Below are positions 57,901-64,000 of a DNA stretch of 64,000 bases, one piece after another. The stretch lies in the NCBI GenBank assembly GCA_004764695.1, contig SMSO01000035.1, positions 1,860,001-1,924,000 of the forward strand, read 5' to 3'. Each line of letters opens with the position of its first letter. Within the stretch, counting starts at the first letter, position 1. The notes below the pieces were generated by a model. The model was given only the letters and a program-made list of their open reading frames with translations, had not been told where the DNA came from and made no database searches. The position numbers and the translations under genes were made by a program. The DNA comes from Schizochytrium sp. TIO01. Lineage: Eukaryota; Protista; Bigyra: Labyrinthulomycetes.

Positions 57901-58583
57901 TCATCCTCACTTACGCTGCGCATGGTACGGAAATTGGATGGTGGTGGTCGCACCATGCTACCATCAGTTGATACTGCAATCGCTGGATCCGGATAATACA
58001 ATTCAGCTTGACGTGGGACACTACTTGGTCGCTCCGTATTGGTTGCAAGACCACCTTGAACATATTTAACACCTGATTGCTGGGAGGTATAACGTACTTT
58101 GTTTCCCATACTGTCTGTGGGTAATGATCTCTGTGCAGTGCTAAAGTTCTGCCGCGCAAGTTTTACTAGTTCGGATTTGGGTGCCTTAGGCGGCACGTTT
58201 ACTCCTGCTCGTGTTAATGCAGCTGCAAGACTTTCCCTTTTCCAAGCGTCAAAGCCGAGAGATGATCTGAGGCCAGGCGACTGCATTTCGAATGACCTTG
58301 GTCTAGTCCGTCTTTGCCGAGCATCTCGGACTGCGGCTGCGACGAGGGAATCTTCATCCACCTCCTCAGCAACAGCTATAGACCCATGATCTAGAGTGTG
58401 GCGGAAACTACTTCTGTTTGAGCTGCCGCTGTTGTTCGTGCCATTGCTTGTATGGCTATTTGCGTTGGCAAAGGAAGTCTCAGGGTCCTCTTCAGGGCTG
58501 CCCACACTCCAACGCCAAGAGTGTCTAGCTCCAGAGCGGCGATCCGATGTAGAGCCGGAGTCGTCGCCGTCATTGGAGGCCAT
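54951..58583 (-). CDS. OSCA/TMEM63 (CSC1)-like channel of the ANO/TMC/OSCA superfamily
   Basis: GISLYFKWLK, EYTVQV, AFITFE, APPPSTIIWEN, FEKHHS, YGPGIPILYP, YWTDKFFLLRFYRIPPRYD. About 10 hydrophobic segments. Confidence 0.88.
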   Translation of the reverse strand: MASNDGDDSGSTSDRRSGARHSWRWSVGSPEEDPETSFANANSHTSNGTNNSGSSNRSSFRHTLDHGSIAVAEEVDEDSLVAAAVRDARQRRTRPRSFEMQSPGLRSSLGFDAWKRESLAAALTRAGVNVPPKAPKSELVKLARQNFSTAQRSLPTDSMGNKVRYTSQQSGVKYVQGGLATNTERPSSVPRQAELYYPDPAIAVSTDGSMVRPPPSNFRTMRSVSEDEFAVDLDEMVHELDAEDLAEENERDLQETLENRMKLEFQKPSLARAKAYMDLHHPRNREGKPYSYFGTHTGRHCPDLGRIGNLLFCGTGPESELARYGAGISLYFKWLKWLSCMFLFLSIIVTPQLYINMASYEDSLDSFVGCFQSTMLSSLANADLNSTLVVADEQLSNVGLNILTPFMDCDESCAVNRKNLGYLYMGTNMVAVGIFAIGVFYLTIFETREGYTISRTTLTVDEYTVQVVKTPPDTTETELKRYFTEVTGEPVHEVIVAHNSGKLISLYMKRGRIIHKLWKAASKVYHIRDKFSNAEAEAMEAAVIEHRRIVEDDLNLGSRSSLRHSVGRSVGTASLPVSPVRRSESVESYGVHSIEPEDLLSFVRVRKAFVKRVEKLGLIEGELRRVVSKYDKLYAEYEDLNEELRHVDAGDRAVTAFITFETQVGYLRCLDLMSDRRMAREQPLFHEKTLRVRPAPPPSTIIWENYDYGYWDRFRRRLFTTLVGFCILIISIVATNAFATVREVVKEELTDTECVLPGNVTSLSEFADLVFSGDFTSESVYESWLTAFLECACGLSTFSEVASATLDPSDECYEFWKNKAPLFGYTFMLSIIIAATNFFIRFQMSMFVNFEKHHSLIPMQISLSRRIFLTLVFNTGLVIFLVNEDWSLIGLGFINRLSGLDGYTDFTTTWYADVGLQVIFIMLINTFAPQLFVLIGYLSTVLITRNRRCHKASSQRELNEWFTGPTFLLHYRIAQNLMTVFVTFLYGPGIPILYPIAMIAFAVYYWTDKFFLLRFYRIPPRYDGRIWTNFASSTLLFAIIPNLAFAIWMYSTPGMFWFPSDDDTEDTGWFGNAVNFIFRTSSDDDSFRSEISYRMTLPFIIPLVGTLVIYVGCLILVHISTRFRKFTVAALNIMSCGFVNKNQVTRVNLHPPISYAKRRGIVSGLTSYSILRNPVYANAFGIDEHFANEHSNVASMKNLNSNQLPTLPRI

Positions 58584-61500
58584 CCCTCAAAAACCGACCA
58601 GCAGACAGCCGTTTGCTCCTGAAGAGGGAAGAGGGGGGGAGGGGGGGAGGGTCAGCGGACCTGGCGATCGACACGTCGGCCGATCGATCAGCCAGCCAAT
58701 CCTTTGTTTAATTGAATTGGTCAATTGCAATTTGCAATTTGCAAACTTTGAATAAATGTGCACGTGCCGACTCTTGCAGTTTAATGTATTTAATTTCGTT
58801 AGGAGCTTCAGGTACCCAGCTTTAAGCCATTTGCAGTTTTTTTAATGCAGAAAAACAAGTTTCGTTGAGTATTTAATGGGATTTAAGCTGCTTCGATAAA
58901 AGTGGGTTAGCCTGGTTTTGAAGAGCTAGGCATAGTGCAACATCCAAAATCCCTCGTCTGTTTATCATAGCTCTGGTGTTCTTGCATTAAGTCTAACTGA
59001 GCCAAGAGAGGGAGCATCAGGTGCGAGAAAGAAAGCGACTTTACTTTTAATAATTCTTTCATTATGGGTTTTGGAACTTGAGGTAGCAGACAAAAGCAAA
59101 CAAAAAGATCAATCGCTTGCAGTTTGCCAGTGCGGTTGGAGACAGGAGGCATACAATTCACAGAAACATCGCTTGCTAGCGCAGCTCAAGAGGTACTGCG
59201 GCACTGCACCTGGTTTATTTGGTCGCTTGATGGAGTAATTACGAGGCTCGAGTTGAATAAATGGATAAATGAGTGAATGGGGAATTTCAAGTTGTGCAAA
59301 AAAGGACCCAGCTGACGTGCGTGGTAGTGTTCACTATAGGAAGGCACCCCCGTGAAAGTGGCAGTACAAAAAGAGTAGAAGAAAGCCTCCCGTTCCCCTG
59401 TTGAGAAGCTTGGTCGGTTTGTTCTGCCGCAACACCGTATCTAAAATGTCTGGCAACTGTACTATATCGCTGATGGATTGTTTCTAGGTTCTTGGTTTTC
59501 GTGTGTGTGTATATATTAACACAAATCTGTTGTAGAGTAAGGCTATAGTCTCTTTGTATTCTAGGTGACAAAACAACTTGGAATTTCTACAGAAAAGCCC
59601 AGCTTGGCACTGCTTAACAAACTTTTCTACCCTAACCGACTTCGCGTGTAGTAAATCAATTGTACAAAGGTGGGGAAGCGATTTTGTTCAAGTCACCGTA
59701 GCGAAAGTAGTTCTCCTACACGTCTAAAATATGGCATTCCCTGCGCGCCTAATCTCGCACGTCGTTGTACTTCTTCATGATTCAGCCTATGAGCTACAGC
59801 ATCAGTGTCATCGTCATCTCCGCTGCCACCTTCAGCATCACCGCACAAATAAACATTTTCTAGGGTCCGTAAACTATCTGCAGCCAGGCTGCTAGGGTCA
59901 AGTGCTGCAGATGAGAAAAAGCCTATCCTGCTATTTGCTAATGGCTTCCAATCCGTCTCAGTAATTCGATGAACCGTCGCTGATGATCATCTCTAGAGGC
60001 TAATTTAGCATATAATTCGATGTCACCTCGGAGAATACGAGCGAGCGAACGTGCAAGAAAGTATGTTTTGACCGAACTTCTATTCAGAAGTAGAACGTTA
60101 GACGTCCATAGTTGCCAAATCGGAATTCGCTCTTTTGCAGCAACAATCTCTACTTATTGATTATTTCCAGAAAAGAAAACCCGTGACACATTTTCGATGT
60201 AAATTTATATTTTAAAGGCGACACTCCATCAATCTAAGCTACATCAGCAGGCCTTCGCCCGTGAAAAAAATTCTTTATTTAAACTTCGTCCTGCTGGTCC
60301 CTTACTTTTATTTAGCGCCCTGTCTAGGAGGGAGAAAAGCGCAGCGCGTGCACGCGCCATTTTATGGTCACTCTTTGCCTAGATGTACCATACTATCTAG
60401 CAACTCTGAGGTTTGCAATGTGTCTGTGTTGCAGCTTTTGCCTATGATTTGGGTGTGTACCATGGCTGTTGATTATTTATTGTGTAAAATGTATTAAGGT
60501 GGTAAATGTGATGGAAGTCCCCTTAGCAAAGATTTGTGCGTCGGAGTTGAGTACTTGAAGAACTTGAACTTTTGCTTTTTTCGGAAGAGAGTGGAGAAGC
60601 TTTTCTTCTAATATGGCGGGTTTTGTGAAGGTTAAGAAAGTCGAGGGCCTTCTTGATATCAATAAGACCTCCTTTACGAGATTTGGCCACGCGCACAAGA
60701 GCGAGATGAGTGGATATGCTTGTTTCTGGCACTGTTCGCGAAGATGAAGTTTTCCAAAATCAAAGTATTTAGTTTTTGAGTGCGACAGAACAGCTCTGTG
60801 CGTCAAGTCGCACACATACACACATTTTTTAGTCCTTTCCCCGAAAGAAGGTAGGTACTTAGTACCTACTAGGTCTTAATTGTTTAATTTTTTTAAAGCT
60901 GAGTTTATCAACATGACTTGAAAAATTAAATTTGGGAATCCAAAATCCGTCATAACTTTTATCGTTGCATGGTGAGTATTATCATGCTCAAAGTTCTGGA
61001 ATCAGTTTCAAGAACCAGAAGCAAAACTTTCAAGTCAAAATCAGGGTTTGTCATTAACTTACTAGCACATCTCCAAAGTTGGAGAACTTGAAATTTATAA
61101 TAGCGCATGCAAAGAACTTTACTAATTACTACCATTAGCCGCAACTACCCTACGCAACAAGAGCTCATATAACAACAAGTGATCCATTTACTAGAAATAA
61201 CAACAGGTCAATTAATCATCTCCCATTAGCTTTCTGAGGGAGTAACCTGAATGACGGTGAGGCAATATCGCAGCCTCGGAGGTACGGAAATTAAAACTTG
61301 CGGGAGGGTGTACCATTCAACCTAAAGAAATTGCAAAAATTGTTTGCCACTATGAGTGCAATGTTGCCATCGAGACGAACCTACTAAAATCGAGCGCCAC
61401 GAAAGGTAAACTCCATCTTAATATCTGCGAAGATCGAGTTTGTCAAGAAACAACATCTCAACTCGCGACAGTAGACAATCGCATGAGGGGACGCGTCGGA

Positions 61501-62295
61501 GCTGGGCGCAGACGTACAGCCTATTTGGTTTACAAAGATAATCGATTTTCGGCTGCCAAATTCTCATTGAACCTATACTAAAATTCTGAAAGTAGTGAGA
61601 CCCCTCTGGTCAGTAGCTAATAAATCATCGTTTCAATATGCAGCTGGGCTCTTTGGTTTGAGAAAAGCTTTTCGGAATCTAGTGCTCTCCTGTTATTTCA
61701 AACGGTAGTAAGGCCATTCATGCTAACATTCATCCACTCCAGTATAAAGCACCTGGTAGGTAACTATCTACTTCCCAGTCCAATACAAACAAGCCACAGC
61801 TACCTACTGCCCTCTTTAGGAAATATTCAATTTGAAGTTCACGGCCCACTTGCGAAACTCACAAAACTGAACAGCAATTAAGGTGTGCAAAAATAGTATG
61901 TGTGTATGATGTAGGTAGGTAGTTAGGTACCTTCAAGCTTCAGTAGAGATGGCTATTAGACTAGAGCGATTCAAAGATTTTACCGAGTTCCACCGAAAGT
62001 ATCCGTTTCTCGGAAAGGCTTACTCCTAAGTAACATCATCTCAGGGTACTGAAGCAGAAAGACATGATTTTGCAAACGCTAATCCCAAAGCTTATTTTAT
62101 AAGCATAATCGAAAACAAATAAAAAGTCAGCATATGAGGCTTTCATTCGAAAAAAGCCTTTATCAGATATTTACAAGATCTAGACGATATTGATATAGAT
62201 TATACTTAGGAATATCTATGAACTGGAAATTGGGACACTGCCCTTTGTAGGCCCAAAACTGCAATATAGTATATGGGACTTCACTCAGATATTAC

Positions 62296-64000
62296 TTAAC
62301 GGCATACAGATGCCACAGTCTCAAGACAACGGTCCCGAAGGACTGGGAGAATCTTGGGAGCGTTCACAACGACATCACCGAGCAGTGGAGTCTGGTGCAC
62401 TTGAAGTAGAGGATAGCGCCGGCAAGCATCCTTGATGATCTCAGCAATATCTCCACCTTCGCCTGCATGTCGACCAGGCGCCAGAAAGGCCATCGCAAGA
62501 ATAACAGGTCCCTCGTGAAGGCCACCCTGATCGAAAACATTTTCCAAGAGCGGGTCATTAAATGCAAAAGCAGGTCCGTTGCGACGTTCCATACTGCAAT
62601 CAACAACGCAAGATGCGTCGCTTCCAAGGCGTCGTCTCATCTGAGCTGCAAGCGCGCGGCGTGTTCTGTTAACTGCTCGACTAGGCGACCCGTGGTCCAC
62701 CAGCAACACACGCACAGGCAACTGCAAATTCTCTTGCTCTGCTACTTTGCGCACGCTATCTACTAGAATCTCTGCGATTCTTCCATCACGATTCACTAAT
62801 GGAGCTGCCACAGCCCAATCCTCGCCTTCGTGGCCACCGAGATGTTGCTTTAGCATGCCGGGAACGAAGTCCGTGACCGTTTTACTCGGGCCGAGGAAGA
62901 ACGGTACAGCCAGGACCCGTGGGACTTCTTCACCTTTAGCCTCTGCTGCTTCCATCAACGAATTCAGTGTGGGCTCGAGAGTCTTTGCTTGAACTCCATC
63001 CAGCTCACTCGCGTCAATCCGGTCGCTGTATCGTGCGGAAACAGCAAGGACCTCAACGTTATCGAATCCGCTACGCTGTAACTCTGCCTCAAGGTTGCCT
63101 GCATGGACCCGTAGCTGCTTGAACGATGCTGCCCTCAAGCTGCCATTATCGATCAAAAAACACTTCGTAGGTTGCGTGGACCCAGAAGTGAGCCAAGGCT
63201 GGCGAGGTTGGCGAGGAATGAATGAACCTAAGCCAATGTGGCGAAGACCTGCTGCTAGCGTGGGTGCCCAAGGACTGCTCCAAATCATGGCATGAAGAGG
63301 ATTAAGGACCTTCTGCCAAAGGAGTTTCACTGAGAGCAAGAGGAGGCTTCGCGCCTGTTCAAGAAGCCAATCAGTCGTAGACTTCTCAGCCCGAGGCCGT
63401 GGACGGACCTGGGGTCTCGTGAGGCTAGCACTACCCTTTGCACTTGGCGCAGCCTGTTGAGAGTGCTGTTGTTGCTGCTGCTGGGAAGACAAATTCGAAG
63501 GATCGGAGCTTTGGACGGGTGATGCAGGCCTCTCGTCATCTGGAATATCATCTTCAATTATTGTCCAGCCAGCTGCAAGCTCTTCTTCCACTTGAGCAGT
63601 CAAACCTTCACGGTAGGTCTTGTACTTGAGATCATAGCCAAGTTCCTCTTTAAGCCGTTTGTTGGAGACACGCTTGCTCTCAGCATAGAATCCCCTACGG
63701 AACGGACTTAGGGTATCCTTAATATCTTCGTAGTTTTGCTTTGTAAGTTTCCGAACACCCAAAAGCTCACAGCTGTAGTCCACAATGATATCATTCTGTT
63801 CAGGCTCGTCGTCAACAACATTGTACGCACGGCCAGGGTTGGGCTTTGACATAGACAACTCGAGGGCCCCAACTACATCGTCTACATGAATTCGTGAAAA
63901 TACTTGGCCTTCTTTGACAATGCATGTAGTTTCACCTCGACGAATGCGTGCAACAGGCCCACGGCCTGGCCCATAGATACCCGGTAGACGGAAGATGTGC
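62296..64000 (-). CDS. 5'-truncated fusion: YeeZ-like atypical SDR/epimerase + CbiX/SirB-like chelatase domain
   Basis: Frame is open to the window edge. HIFRLPGIYGPGRG..FSRIHVDDVV..YNVVDDEP..ESKRVSNKRLKEELG..TYREGL, then a linker, then LIDNGSLRAAS..VPFFLGPS..LVDHGSP..FLAPGRHAGEGGDI. Confidence 0.88.
   Translation of the reverse strand, partial: HIFRLPGIYGPGRGPVARIRRGETTCIVKEGQVFSRIHVDDVVGALELSMSKPNPGRAYNVVDDEPEQNDIIVDYSCELLGVRKLTKQNYEDIKDTLSPFRRGFYAESKRVSNKRLKEELGYDLKYKTYREGLTAQVEEELAAGWTIIEDDIPDDERPASPVQSSDPSNLSSQQQQQQHSQQAAPSAKGSASLTRPQVRPRPRAEKSTTDWLLEQARSLLLLSVKLLWQKVLNPLHAMIWSSPWAPTLAAGLRHIGLGSFIPRQPRQPWLTSGSTQPTKCFLIDNGSLRAASFKQLRVHAGNLEAELQRSGFDNVEVLAVSARYSDRIDASELDGVQAKTLEPTLNSLMEAAEAKGEEVPRVLAVPFFLGPSKTVTDFVPGMLKQHLGGHEGEDWAVAAPLVNRDGRIAEILVDSVRKVAEQENLQLPVRVLLVDHGSPSRAVNRTRRALAAQMRRRLGSDASCVVDCSMERRNGPAFAFNDPLLENVFDQGGLHEGPVILAMAFLAPGRHAGEGGDIAEIIKDACRRYPLLQVHQTPLLGDVVVNAPKILPVLRDRCLETVASVCR

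Noticed and set aside
61200-61580. Retroelement aspartic-protease remnant (SINHLPLAF..KLKLAGG)
   Set aside because: No DSG/DTG catalytic motif and no RT or integrase nearby. Too degenerate to support.

Overview
Eukaryotic, intron-poor, microsatellite-rich DNA. The gene set and style suggest a thraustochytrid/labyrinthulomycete-type stramenopile (inference only). Positions 1-10.9 kb are a gene-poor stretch of SSRs, AT tracts and GC islands, followed by a short orphan ORF. From 14 kb onward are 12 well-supported genes: a tandem CEP164-NTD/WW protein, CNOT1, a Rad60-type SUMO-like protein, a TMTC-type glycosyltransferase, a YghU-like GST, oligopeptidase A, a RABL3-like GTPase, an ERLEC1/OS9 lectin, a class I methyltransferase, a PH-RhoGAP, an OSCA/TMEM63-like channel, and a 5'-truncated YeeZ-SDR::CbiX-like fusion. 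About 31.4-34.5 kb looks like a decayed transposon. It has degenerate inverted ends, a 56-bp minisatellite, a Ulp1/C48 protease pseudogene, a foldback repeat, and a ~97% identical 245-bp copy of part of the methyltransferase gene 16.5 kb away. The most unexplained signal is a recurring class of sequence-unrelated, stem-loop-dense islands (mostly 60-250 nt). They lie upstream of nearly every gene and throughout the first 14 kb, often beside AT tracts. They were found by eye and need folding statistics.
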